Positions 19,201-28,236 of a stretch of 64,000 nt of DNA are shown one piece after another. Location of the stretch: contig JAJQFT010000108.1 of assembly GCA_021200975.1 (NCBI GenBank), positions 186 through 64,185 on the forward strand. Reading direction: 5' to 3'. The position numbers were made by a program, and so were the translations under genes. The first letter of the stretch is position 1, and each line of letters begins with the position of its first letter. Under the pieces are notes generated by a model. It was not told where the DNA came from, ran no database searches, and was given only the letters and a program-made list of their open reading frames with translations. This stretch comes from Bacillota bacterium. GTDB taxonomy: Bacteria > Bacillota > Clostridia > Oscillospirales > Oscillospiraceae.

Positions 19201-20252
19201 AGAAATCAACGGCTGGGGATTTCCTGATTTATGACGAATCCTCACACACTTACCGCGCCAACCCGGAGCAGGTTGTCCGCGACGATGTGGAGAAGCACTA
19301 TTGGCGCAATGTCGGCCGCACCATCCTGAAGGATTGGCGGCTCTATGCGATGCTGGTGCCCATGGTGCTGGTATTCCTGTTCTGGCGGTATATGCCCATG
19401 TATGAGCTTCTGCGCTGCTTCAAGGTCAGCGACGAGGTGAAGGAGGTTTCCGACCAGTTCTTCATGGGCTTCTCCAACTTCAAGCGGCTGCTCTCCGGCC
19501 AGGAGGCCATTTCCACCGAGTTCTGGCGCGCGCTGCGCAATACCTTCCTGCTGAGCTTCTACGGCCTGTGCTTCGGCTTCCCGATCCCCGTGATTTTGGC
19601 GCTCTTCTTCAACGAGATTAAGTCCAATATCCTGCGCAGCGTCTATCAGGTGCTCACCTATCTGCCCAAGTTCATCTCCACCGTCGTCATGACCTCGCTG
19701 GTGACCATGCTGGTCAAGCAGGGCAGCCTGACCTCCTCGATGGGCATCCTGTCGCAGGCGCTGGCCAATATCGGCGTGATTTCGCGGGATGTGGCCAATG
19801 CGGGCCTGCTCAACAACCCGGCCTTCTTCCGCGTGATTTATCAGGTCAGCGGCATCTGGGAAACCGCGGGCTATAGCAGCATCGTCTACTTCGCCGCCAT
19901 CATCGCTATCTCCCCGACAAGCTACGAGGCCGCGCAGATTGACGGCGCTGGCAAAATGGCGCAGATGCGCTATGTCGTCCTGCCCAGCATCCTCTCGACG
20001 CTGGTGATTATGCTCATTACCAACATCGGCACGCTGCTGCAGGTCGGCTACGAGAAGGTTCTGCTCCTGTACAATACCAATACCTACATCACCGCAGACG
20101 TGGTTTCCACCTTCGCCCAGCGTTATGGCCTGGCCTCCGGCCAGCAGGGGCTGGCCTCGGCGGCGGAAATGATGAGCAACGTTTTGGGAATGCTGCTGGT
20201 GATTGGCGCGAACTCCATCGCCCGCAAGGCGTCGGATGTATCGCTCTACTAA
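19197..20252 (+). CDS. ABC sugar transporter permease (LplB/YteP type)
   Basis: LKDWRLYAMLVPMVLVFLFWRYMPMY N-terminal pattern. EAA loop YEAAQIDGAGKMAQMRYVVLP. TTG at 19197 after GGGAGAG was chosen, so the start is uncertain. Confidence 0.85.
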   Translation: MKKSTAGDFLIYDESSHTYRANPEQVVRDDVEKHYWRNVGRTILKDWRLYAMLVPMVLVFLFWRYMPMYELLRCFKVSDEVKEVSDQFFMGFSNFKRLLSGQEAISTEFWRALRNTFLLSFYGLCFGFPIPVILALFFNEIKSNILRSVYQVLTYLPKFISTVVMTSLVTMLVKQGSLTSSMGILSQALANIGVISRDVANAGLLNNPAFFRVIYQVSGIWETAGYSSIVYFAAIIAISPTSYEAAQIDGAGKMAQMRYVVLPSILSTLVIMLITNIGTLLQVGYEKVLLLYNTNTYITADVVSTFAQRYGLASGQQGLASAAEMMSNVLGMLLVIGANSIARKASDVSLY

Positions 20253-20264
20253 GGGGGCTGCGCT

Positions 20265-21155
20265 ATGAAAAGAAAACTTGAGATTTCCGAGCTGGTTTTT
20301 AAGGTAATCAGCTACACGCTGCTTACCATGTTCGCGCTGTGCTGCCTGTATCCGTTCGTGTACACCATCTCCGCCGCGCTCTCCGGCCAGCACGCCGTGG
20401 ACTACAGCGAGATTGTTCTCTTCCCCAAGGATATCCAGTTTGACGCATTCAGCCAGATGTTCAGCAACAATATGTTCTGGAACGCCTACACCAACACCCT
20501 GTTCCTCACGGTTTACGGCACCATCTGGAGTATGCTGGTCGCCATTCTGGGCGCCTACGCCCTGTCGAAGAAGCGGTTGCTTTTCCGGAGATTCTTCAAC
20601 TTCTTCCTGGTGTTTACCATGTGGTTCTCCGCCGGCCTCGTGCCCCAGTACCTGAACTATCTGGACACCAAGGACGTATTCAACGCCATCGGCATCACCG
20701 ACGACAAGTGGCTGGTGGTCATCGCGATGGGTATGGCGGCCATGAACATCATCCTGCTGCGCAATGCCTTCGAGGGCGTACCCTCCGATATTGAGGAGGC
20801 CGCTGTTGTGGACGGCGCGACGGAGTTCCAGGTGCTGAGCAAGGTATACATCCCCATGAGCAAGTCCACCATCGCGACAGTCGCGCTGTTCTTCGCCATC
20901 TCGCGCTGGAACGGCTATTTCTGGGCGCGGCAGATGATTTCCAACTCCAACGAGCACCCGCTGCAGGTCTTTATCCGTCTGCGCTTGGAGGAATACACCG
21001 ACCCCGAGTTTATCGCTGGGTGGAACAAGTCCTATTCCTCCGACTCCGTGATTTACGCGCTGATTGTCTGCTCCATCGTCCCCATCCTGATTATCTATCC
21101 CTTCATTCAAAAGTACTTCGCTAAGGGTGTGAACGTTGGCGGCGTGAAGGAATGA
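20265..21155 (+). CDS. ABC sugar transporter permease (LplC/YtcP type)
   Basis: EAA loop EEAAVVDGATEFQVLSKVYIP. Six TM segments. Confidence 0.9.
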   Translation: MKRKLEISELVFKVISYTLLTMFALCCLYPFVYTISAALSGQHAVDYSEIVLFPKDIQFDAFSQMFSNNMFWNAYTNTLFLTVYGTIWSMLVAILGAYALSKKRLLFRRFFNFFLVFTMWFSAGLVPQYLNYLDTKDVFNAIGITDDKWLVVIAMGMAAMNIILLRNAFEGVPSDIEEAAVVDGATEFQVLSKVYIPMSKSTIATVALFFAISRWNGYFWARQMISNSNEHPLQVFIRLRLEEYTDPEFIAGWNKSYSSDSVIYALIVCSIVPILIIYPFIQKYFAKGVNVGGVKE

Positions 21156-21193
21156 ACCGCACCCGATAATTTCCGGCTTGCCGGATATTATAA

Positions 21194-21271
21194 GGAAAGC
21201 CGAAGCAATGGGATCGCGGCGCCCTGCGCATGGCAAAGCGCGACCCGCCCGCTCGATTTGCTCGGGTTTCC
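21194..21271. repeat. Inverted-repeat intergenic element (possible variant of the palindromic family)
   Basis: GGAAAGCCGAAGCAA ... TTGCTCGGGTTTCC termini. The interior GGGATCGCGGCGCC resembles other copies. Confidence 0.4.
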
Positions 21272-21299
21272 GAAAAATTACAAAAAAGGAGAAACTGCA

Positions 21300-23471
21300 A
21301 TGAAAAAACTCATTTGTGCACTGCTCGTACTCGCAATGCTGGCGGCTTGCATGGTAGGCTGCAGCCAGACGCTGCCGGTGGACGACACCAGCTCTACCAA
21401 CGGCACGACCTCCGGCGGCTCCACCGACGGCACGACCTCCTCGGACGAACCAGAGGTTGACCTGCTCACCTTCGCAGAGGGCACTGTGCTGCGCATGGCT
21501 ACCGGCTACAACAGCACCAAGACCGGCCTGTTCTTTGACGCGGAGGTTGCCGGCGAGGGCATCACCCTGGCCGACGGCATCACCTATCAGGCTGGCGACC
21601 TGAAGCCCACCTGGGTTGAGGTTCAGAACCGCCTGGGCATGGTATTTGAGGACAAGTACCAGGGCAACAGCGCTTCCAAGGAATTTGAGTACTGGAAAGA
21701 CCGCCTGAGCGAGGTCGATATGGTTTCCGGCTCTGCCGTTACCCTCAATGAATACGGCGCGGCGGGCAGCCTGATCAACATCGCCGACTATCTCGACCTG
21801 ATGCCCAACTTTAAGGCTTATCTGGAAGAGAACCCCATCGTCCGCCTGTCCATCACCGGCGACACCACCACCGGCGCGATTTACTTCTCCCCCTACTTTG
21901 ACGGCGTGGACGACATCGAGCGTATGCCGCTGATGCGTACCGACTGGGTAGAGCTCCTGCTCGATGGCGAGGGTGAATTCACCGCTGACGACTGCAACAA
22001 CCTGGCCGATGCGGTCTACACCCCCTATATGCCCACCTCCGGCAGCGTGGAGATCGAGGTCGTCACCCCCGACGGCACCTCCACCGAGACCATCAGCAAG
22101 AACTATGATGCCGGCGGCAACATCATCGAAACCATGAACGCCGCGCTGGCGGCCGGCACCGTTACCGGCGTCGAAGCGGTGAATATGCTCCGCACCTACA
22201 TCGACGAAGCCTATGACGGCTACTACGGCACCGACCGCTCCGACCTCTTCATCGGCCAGAACGCCGCGTGGGATGCCGACGAGCTGGTTGCCCTGCTGCG
22301 CTGCGTCGTCGCCAACCCCCAGACGCTCAACGGCACGGACTCGGTTCAGGGCCTGTTCTCCCGTGAGGACGACAACAATCAGCGCCGCGTTGACCTGTAC
22401 CGCTTTGCGGCGGTCCTGTTCGGTGTGCGTGGCCTCGAGTCCCGCCAGGAGTGGCTGTATGTAGGCTCCGACGGCCTGCTGCACGATGCTCGCCAGGAGG
22501 AAGAAACCTACGAAGCCATTGAGAAGATGAACGCGATGGCGCAGGAGGGCCTGATCTCCCAGTCCTTCCTCGATAGCTCCTCCGAGTCCTCCGCCACGAT
22601 GCTCGAGAATGACCTCGGCTTCATGTCCTACGACTACAACCAGACCCAGACCATCTATAACGAGACCAAGCTCGACGACGGCGAGAAGTACATGGCCGTT
22701 ATGATTCCCGTGGCGCGTTGGTACGACGGTACCAGCGAGGACGGTGTGTATATGCGCTTCACCGAGTCCTGGCGCTCTGTTAAGACCGACGCTTGGGCAA
22801 TCTCCGCCGAGGGCGTGGGCGACGACCAGGATAAGCTGTACGCCTGCCTGAAGCTGATCGACTACGCCTACAGCGACGAGGGCATGATCCTGATGTCCTA
22901 TGGCCCCGATGCCTTCATCAAGACCAACGACGACGGCTCCTACGTCACTTTCAACTTCAACGGCACTGAGATGCCCGTGATTGCCGACGCCACCTACGAA
23001 GAGCTGTGGGAGAAGGCCTCCGGCAACTACACCAACTATGCCCGCCAGTATCTGGGCTCCACCCTGAGCTTTGCCAAGAGCCAGGCCTTCGAGTACCAGT
23101 GCACGCATGAGGTCGGCAAGGAGGGCGCAGGCTACATCTCCAACGCCATCGCGCTGGGCACCATCAAGCACGTCGAGCTGGCGCTGACCGATAACCCATG
23201 GTACACCTCCATGCCCACCGTGCTGCCCAACACCACCACTGAGACCGAAATCATCAACAGCTACACCGAGCTGACCAATACCAACTTCGGCACCAGCAAG
23301 GATCAGGCGAACATTTTCGTAAGCCAGATCGTCAGCGGCTACACCATCGAGGGCGTGAGCGACGCTGCCAGCGCAGCCTCGAAGGTTGCCAATGAGTGGG
23401 GCGGCACGGCTTGGCTGAGCATGAAGCAGCAGGCTTACGATCGCTTGGTTGACTTTTACAATTCCCTGTAA
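21300..23471 (+). CDS. Large extracellular solute-binding lipoprotein (LplA/YtcQ-like)
   Basis: Lipobox LAACMVGCSQ followed by an S/T-rich linker. About 720 aa, typical of SBPs paired with LplB/LplC permeases. Confidence 0.85.
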   Translation: MKKLICALLVLAMLAACMVGCSQTLPVDDTSSTNGTTSGGSTDGTTSSDEPEVDLLTFAEGTVLRMATGYNSTKTGLFFDAEVAGEGITLADGITYQAGDLKPTWVEVQNRLGMVFEDKYQGNSASKEFEYWKDRLSEVDMVSGSAVTLNEYGAAGSLINIADYLDLMPNFKAYLEENPIVRLSITGDTTTGAIYFSPYFDGVDDIERMPLMRTDWVELLLDGEGEFTADDCNNLADAVYTPYMPTSGSVEIEVVTPDGTSTETISKNYDAGGNIIETMNAALAAGTVTGVEAVNMLRTYIDEAYDGYYGTDRSDLFIGQNAAWDADELVALLRCVVANPQTLNGTDSVQGLFSREDDNNQRRVDLYRFAAVLFGVRGLESRQEWLYVGSDGLLHDARQEEETYEAIEKMNAMAQEGLISQSFLDSSSESSATMLENDLGFMSYDYNQTQTIYNETKLDDGEKYMAVMIPVARWYDGTSEDGVYMRFTESWRSVKTDAWAISAEGVGDDQDKLYACLKLIDYAYSDEGMILMSYGPDAFIKTNDDGSYVTFNFNGTEMPVIADATYEELWEKASGNYTNYARQYLGSTLSFAKSQAFEYQCTHEVGKEGAGYISNAIALGTIKHVELALTDNPWYTSMPTVLPNTTTETEIINSYTELTNTNFGTSKDQANIFVSQIVSGYTIEGVSDAASAASKVANEWGGTAWLSMKQQAYDRLVDFYNSL

Positions 23472-23554
23472 GCATCTCCTTTCCGAAGCGCGCCGGGGAT
23501 TTCGCGGCGCACAAGCAACCCTTTTTACCACATTAGTTGACTGACCACCCGAAG

Positions 23555-23582
23555 CTTTGGAGGCGCAGCTGCGCCTCCAAAG
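23555..23582. repeat. Perfect 28-bp palindrome downstream of the SBP gene
   Basis: CTTTGGAGGCGCAGCTGCGCCTCCAAAG. There is no following T-run. Confidence 0.7.
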
Positions 23583-23611
23583 TAGGGCGGCACTTGACGC
23601 GGGAGGCCATT

Positions 23612-24211
23612 ATGTATAAAAAACAATTGGGATTACAAAAAATTGCCTGCTATCTGGCAATCCTCTCTTCCGCAATTTGGTTTATCTACAGCATGGGCAT
23701 GATTACGGATATCTTCGATGCCCTGTACTACACAATGCTGAACCCCAACGACCTGTCGGATACGCTGGTGGACGGCTCCATCCTGTACTACGATATGCAG
23801 GATTTCAATAAGGCGTTCATGTATGTCGGCATTGTGCTGATTTTGCTGGCCTGCCTGCTGTTCCTGACCAATACCCACAGCCGCAGGCGGTACTATATCG
23901 GCAACTATGCTGCTACCGCGGTGTACTGCGTGACCTCGCTGGTCACGGTGGTGTGGTCGCATTTGGAAATTTCCGCTTTCAAGCAGCAGTATCTGACGAC
24001 AGTCGATTTTGAGGCGCTGAAAACCTGGTCGGAAACGCTGTCCACCATTAAATATACCGAGTCCACCTTCCTGCTGGATTTGCACTGGGCGGTTGCCGGC
24101 ATTTCCCTGCTGGCCGTGGGGATTCTGGTTGCCAACATGATTTGGAAGATTTCTCTGATGCGCGGCGAAGAGCAGCTCATTGAGGCTGGGAAGGAGGCTG
24201 TCCGCTTATGA
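23612..24211 (+). CDS. Membrane protein, unknown function (memA)
   Basis: GGGAGG RBS before the ATG at 23612. About 4 TM segments. No recognisable family. Confidence 0.55.
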   Translation: MYKKQLGLQKIACYLAILSSAIWFIYSMGMITDIFDALYYTMLNPNDLSDTLVDGSILYYDMQDFNKAFMYVGIVLILLACLLFLTNTHSRRRYYIGNYAATAVYCVTSLVTVVWSHLEISAFKQQYLTTVDFEALKTWSETLSTIKYTESTFLLDLHWAVAGISLLAVGILVANMIWKISLMRGEEQLIEAGKEAVRL

Positions 24212-24699
24212 CGCAGACACAGGAATTGCAGCAGGTTAAATGCGACCGTATGCGCTACACCAAGGACAAATTCTCCGCGAATCTTGTCCTCGTCGCGATT
24301 GTGTTCGATGCGCTGTATTTCGTCAGCATTTACCAGTCTGATGTCGGCTCCTACTACTATACATGGCTGATCGGCGCATCGATTATTTACAATTTGCTCT
24401 TTATGCTGCTGGGCTTTCTGGCCTCGGAGGGCGTGAAGAGCCGCAAGAGCACCTATACGCTGCCGCTTTTGCTGCTGGGCGTGATGCAGTTTGTCCGCAT
24501 GGTTTATCTGCCGGCCAAGGCGCACGCCGCCAGCGTGGAAATCAGCGGCGAAACCATCGCGGTGATGGAGGACGGGCAGTATATCTATGTGCTGGTATGC
24601 TTGGCCATCTCGGGCGTGTGCTGCCTTGTCGCGGCGGTCGCCAGCTACCTCAACAATAAAAAATTGGCGGCGTATCTGGCATCCATCGAGAAAGATTGA
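24208..24699 (+). CDS. Membrane protein, unknown function (memB)
   Basis: ATGA overlap with memA. Basic N-terminus plus 4 TM segments. Confidence 0.55.
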   Translation: MTQTQELQQVKCDRMRYTKDKFSANLVLVAIVFDALYFVSIYQSDVGSYYYTWLIGASIIYNLLFMLLGFLASEGVKSRKSTYTLPLLLLGVMQFVRMVYLPAKAHAASVEISGETIAVMEDGQYIYVLVCLAISGVCCLVAAVASYLNNKKLAAYLASIEKD

Positions 24700-24717
24700 G
24701 CGGAGGGGTAGATTGCT

Positions 24718-25797
24718 ATGGCAGAATTGAGCTTACAGCACTTGGAAAAAGTCTATGACAATAAGGTTCAGGCCGTTTATGACTTCAATCTGGATGTGAA
24801 GGACGGCGAGCTGATTGTTCTGGTCGGCCCCTCCGGCTGCGGCAAGTCCACCACGCTGCGCATGGTGGCGGGGCTGGAGGACATCACGCACGGCAGGATG
24901 CTCCTCAATGGCAAGGATGTCACCGCGGCCCCGGCGAAGGACCGGGATATTGCGATGGTGTTCCAGAGCTATGCCCTGTATGGGCACATGACCGTTTATG
25001 AAAACATGGCGTTCTCCCTTGTCCTGCGCAAGGAGGATCCCAACCTAATCCACAAGAAGGTGCTGGCCGCCGCCGAGATTTTGGGGCTGATGGAGCAGCT
25101 CAATAAGAAGCCCTCCCAGCTCTCTGGCGGCCAGCGGCAGCGCGTGGCGATGGGCCGCTCCATCGTCCGCAACCCGCAGCTATTCCTGTTCGATGAGCCG
25201 CTCTCCAACCTCGATGCGAAGCTGCGCAGCTCCACCCGGCGGGAGATTCTGCTGCTGCATAAGCGCCTGAACGCCACCATGCTTTATGTTACCCACGACC
25301 AGACCGAAGCGCTTACGCTGGCGGATCGCATCGTGTGTATGTCTATGGGGCATGTGCAGCAGATTGGCACCCCGCTGGAGCTGTACGACACCCCGGCGAA
25401 CCTCTTTGTAGCCAGCTTCATTGGCCTGCCGCCCATGAATTTCATCGATGTGACCGTAAAGGGCGACCAGCTGGTTGCCGCTGACTTTACCCTCACCATG
25501 GACGCCGCCGAGAAGAAGCTGCTTGCGCCCTATCAGGGGAGGGTCGTCGTGCTGGGCGTCCGGCCGGAGGGCACCTGCGTGGGCAAGGATTTTGAGATGA
25601 AAGTCCAGTCCAATGAAAATTTGGGCATGAATACACTGGTTTACGGGCACTTGGGCCGCGACGGCAAGGGCGAGCGTATCACCTGCAAGCTCAACGGCTG
25701 GTGCAACTACAAAAATGGGGACGTTGTTTCCATCTCCATCACGAAGAAGTACTTCTTCGACAAGGAAACCACCGCCGCCATCCGGATGGAGGAATAG
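24718..25797 (+). CDS. ABC sugar transporter ATP-binding protein (MalK/MsmX/UgpC type) 1
   Basis: Walker A GPSGCGKST, signature LSGGQRQRVAMGR, Walker B LFLFDEPLSNLD, and a C-terminal regulatory (TOBE-like) domain. Confidence 0.92.
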   Translation: MAELSLQHLEKVYDNKVQAVYDFNLDVKDGELIVLVGPSGCGKSTTLRMVAGLEDITHGRMLLNGKDVTAAPAKDRDIAMVFQSYALYGHMTVYENMAFSLVLRKEDPNLIHKKVLAAAEILGLMEQLNKKPSQLSGGQRQRVAMGRSIVRNPQLFLFDEPLSNLDAKLRSSTRREILLLHKRLNATMLYVTHDQTEALTLADRIVCMSMGHVQQIGTPLELYDTPANLFVASFIGLPPMNFIDVTVKGDQLVAADFTLTMDAAEKKLLAPYQGRVVVLGVRPEGTCVGKDFEMKVQSNENLGMNTLVYGHLGRDGKGERITCKLNGWCNYKNGDVVSISITKKYFFDKETTAAIRMEE

Positions 25798-25799
25798 GC

Positions 25800-26366
25800 A
25801 TGAGCAAGAAGAAAACCGCCCTGAAAAGCAGAATCCAAGAATCCGCGCGCCGGAGGGTCGTGTCCCTCAAGCGCAAGCCCTCCACCATTCCGATGACGGT
25901 GCTGGTGATTGCATTCCTGGTATTTTCCCTGAACCTTACTTCGATGTCGAATACCACGGCGAAGATTCAGGGCAGCAACATGGGCTTGGCGCAGTTTGCC
26001 ATTATGCTGTTGAGCCTGCTCTCCATCCTCTGCCTGATGAACGCCTTCCCCCGCCGCAAGAAAACGAATATCCCCATGCTGGTGCTGATGTTCCTCATGC
26101 TCGGCGGCATGGTGCTGTGTGACATTCACTACCGCAACGCGATTTGGACGGCGGTCACCCGGGCGGAGAACCCCATCGTCGTGACTGCGGATACCTCCTA
26201 TATCCTGAGCGCGTATAATCTGCTGCAAGCGCACATGATTCTCATCATCGTCACCGCTGCGCTGGTCGCGTTGATGCCGGTGTATACCAGGCTGCTCAAG
26301 AAAATCAACACCTCGGTCGATATTGCTGATAACGGCGCGATGGAAGCCATCGAAATCACCGAGTAA
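25800..26366 (+). CDS. Membrane protein, unknown function (memC; architecture resembles memB)
   Basis: Starts 3 nt after the ATPase stop. Basic N-terminus, 4 TM segments, and a basic loop PRRKKTN (compare SRKST in memB). Confidence 0.55.
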   Translation: MSKKKTALKSRIQESARRRVVSLKRKPSTIPMTVLVIAFLVFSLNLTSMSNTTAKIQGSNMGLAQFAIMLLSLLSILCLMNAFPRRKKTNIPMLVLMFLMLGGMVLCDIHYRNAIWTAVTRAENPIVVTADTSYILSAYNLLQAHMILIIVTAALVALMPVYTRLLKKINTSVDIADNGAMEAIEITE

Positions 26367-26389
26367 TGCCGCGGGGGAGGGGATCGCAC

Positions 26390-27028
26390 ATGGAAAAGAA
26401 CCAAAATGCGCCCAAGGATCCCGGCGCGGCCGAGAAACAGCGCAATTATGAGCTGAAAAGCGAGGCCGTGGAGAACCTTGCGCACGCCGATTCCGAAGAA
26501 ACTCCGCAGTATTCCGAGGAGGAGCTGAACAAATACCGCTCCAAAAAGGGCATCCACATCCCCGAGCCGGTGAAAATCCTCTTTCTCAAGGCGTGGTTTC
26601 CCGGCGCGGTGTGCTACTTCGTCCTGTGGGGGCTGAGCGGCACCGTCGGGAATATGGTGGATATGCTGTTCATCCTGGCCATCGTGCAGGGCATGGTCAC
26701 CGATTTGCTGACCAACAACGTCATCCGCTATATTGAGAAAACGCCGGGCGGGAACGACGAGTGGCTGCTCGTTGCGAAAAAGGGCGTCACCGGCTTCTTC
26801 TTCAATCTGCTATGCTCGATGCTCATCGTTTTGGGCGTATTCTTCCTGTACGATTTTATCAACCGCGTTGCCGTGGCCTTTACCGGCGACCCGGAGGGCG
26901 TCGTGCTTGGCGTCGAGCCGATTGTTTATGGCCTGTTCAGCATGGGGCTGGACATGCTGCTCGTTGGCATCAAGCGGCTTTGCTGCTCCATCGTGCGCGA
27001 CGCGAAGGCCGCCGCCGGCGCGCAATAG
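26390..27028 (+). CDS. Membrane protein with acidic/charged N-terminal tail, unknown function (memD)
   Basis: GGGAGGGGA RBS before the ATG at 26390. About 60-aa hydrophilic N-terminus followed by about 4 TM segments. Confidence 0.55.
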   Translation: MEKNQNAPKDPGAAEKQRNYELKSEAVENLAHADSEETPQYSEEELNKYRSKKGIHIPEPVKILFLKAWFPGAVCYFVLWGLSGTVGNMVDMLFILAIVQGMVTDLLTNNVIRYIEKTPGGNDEWLLVAKKGVTGFFFNLLCSMLIVLGVFFLYDFINRVAVAFTGDPEGVVLGVEPIVYGLFSMGLDMLLVGIKRLCCSIVRDAKAAAGAQ

Positions 27029-27087
27029 ACGCCGACGTACACGCGAAACCCATCCACTTTTGACTTGTGTTAAAGGAGTATCGGAAT

Positions 27088-28164
27088 ATGGCATACTTAA
27101 CGCTGAATGGAATCAATAAAATCTATCCAAACGGCTTCCATGCAGTCCACGATTTCAATCTGGAAATCGAGAAGGGCGAATTTATTGTGTTCGTCGGCTC
27201 CTCCGGCTGCGGCAAGTCCACCACCCTGCGCATGATTGCCGGCCTGGAGGATATCAGCAAGGGAGAGCTCCTGATTAACGGGGTTCGCGCCAACGACATT
27301 GGCCCGCGCGAGCGGGAGGTTGCGATGGTGTTCCAGAGCTATGCGCTGTACCCACAGATGACCGTTTACGACAACCTCGCCTTTGGCCTGCAGCTGCAGG
27401 GTGTGGATGAGGATGAAATCGAGGTCAAGGTGCAGCGGGTGGCGAAGATTCTGGGCCTGACGGACTATCTTGACCGGATGCCCAGAGCGCTCTCCGGCGG
27501 CCAGCGGCAGCGCGTGGCCGTGGGTCGTGCCATTATCCGCCGCGTAGGGATCTTCCTGATGGACGAGCCACTCTCCAACCTGGATGCCAAGCAGCGCGTG
27601 ACCATGCGCGCCGAGATTGCCCAGATTCACCGCGAAACCGGCGCGACTACCATCTATGTAACGCACGACCAGACCGAGGCCATGACGCTGGCAGATCGCA
27701 TCGTGGTCATGAAAGAGGGCTATATCCAGCAGGTCGGCACGCCCTATGAGCTGTATTTCCAGCCTGCGAACCTCTTTGTGGCGGGCTTCATCGGCGAGCC
27801 GCCCATGAACTTCATCCGTGCCACGGTCAGTGGCGGCAGCATCCGGATTAACGGCAGGCCCTACGACCTGCGCGGGAAGCTGGGCGAAAAGGCTGCGGAT
27901 TATGAGGGCAAGGACATTTATTTCGGCTTCCGTCCGGAGGCGGTCGTGCTGGGCAAGCAGCCGGGCGCCTATGTGATGGATGCGAAGGTGGAGCTGACCG
28001 AGATGCTGGGCGACAATACCAATGTCTATGTCGATATTGGCGATGTCAATGCCATCCTGAAAGTCAACCCGCACGATGCGCCTGAGATGGACGCGGATAT
28101 CTCCTTCTCCATCCCGGTGGAAAGCACCTACCTGTTTGACGCCGAGACCGAAATGGTCATCTAA
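27088..28164 (+). CDS. ABC sugar transporter ATP-binding protein (MalK/MsmX type) 2
   Basis: Walker A GSSGCGKST, LSGGQRQRVAVGR, IFLMDEPLSNLD, and a C-terminal regulatory domain. AAGGAG RBS. Confidence 0.92.
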   Translation: MAYLTLNGINKIYPNGFHAVHDFNLEIEKGEFIVFVGSSGCGKSTTLRMIAGLEDISKGELLINGVRANDIGPREREVAMVFQSYALYPQMTVYDNLAFGLQLQGVDEDEIEVKVQRVAKILGLTDYLDRMPRALSGGQRQRVAVGRAIIRRVGIFLMDEPLSNLDAKQRVTMRAEIAQIHRETGATTIYVTHDQTEAMTLADRIVVMKEGYIQQVGTPYELYFQPANLFVAGFIGEPPMNFIRATVSGGSIRINGRPYDLRGKLGEKAADYEGKDIYFGFRPEAVVLGKQPGAYVMDAKVELTEMLGDNTNVYVDIGDVNAILKVNPHDAPEMDADISFSIPVESTYLFDAETEMVI

Positions 28165-28178
28165 TCAAGCGTATTTCC

Positions 28179-28206
28179 GGGAAGCTCTGGTTTTTCAGGG
28201 CTTCCC
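28179..28206. repeat. Minimal copy of the palindromic repeat (termini only)
   Basis: GGGAAGCTCTGG-TTTTTC-AGGGCTTCCC. Confidence 0.5.
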
Positions 28207-28236
28207 ACAAAATCCATATCCCCGAGGTTACGGATT

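Noticed and set aside
19242-23531. A 1429-aa ORF on the minus strand, the longest ORF in the window.
   Set aside because: It lies entirely antisense to four well-supported plus-strand genes (two permeases and the SBP). Its G/A/V/H/R-rich composition has no motifs, which is typical of stop-codon-poor antisense frames in high-GC DNA. No RBS is present.
25701-26390. ORF-track N-terminal extensions, for example 25701 for memC, 26366 for memD, 8717 for the LamG protein and 49059 for LamG-GH32.
   Set aside because: The extensions overlap the preceding gene or lack an RBS. Internal ATGs preceded by GGAGG-type sites and followed by signal-peptide or TM sequences are much better starts.
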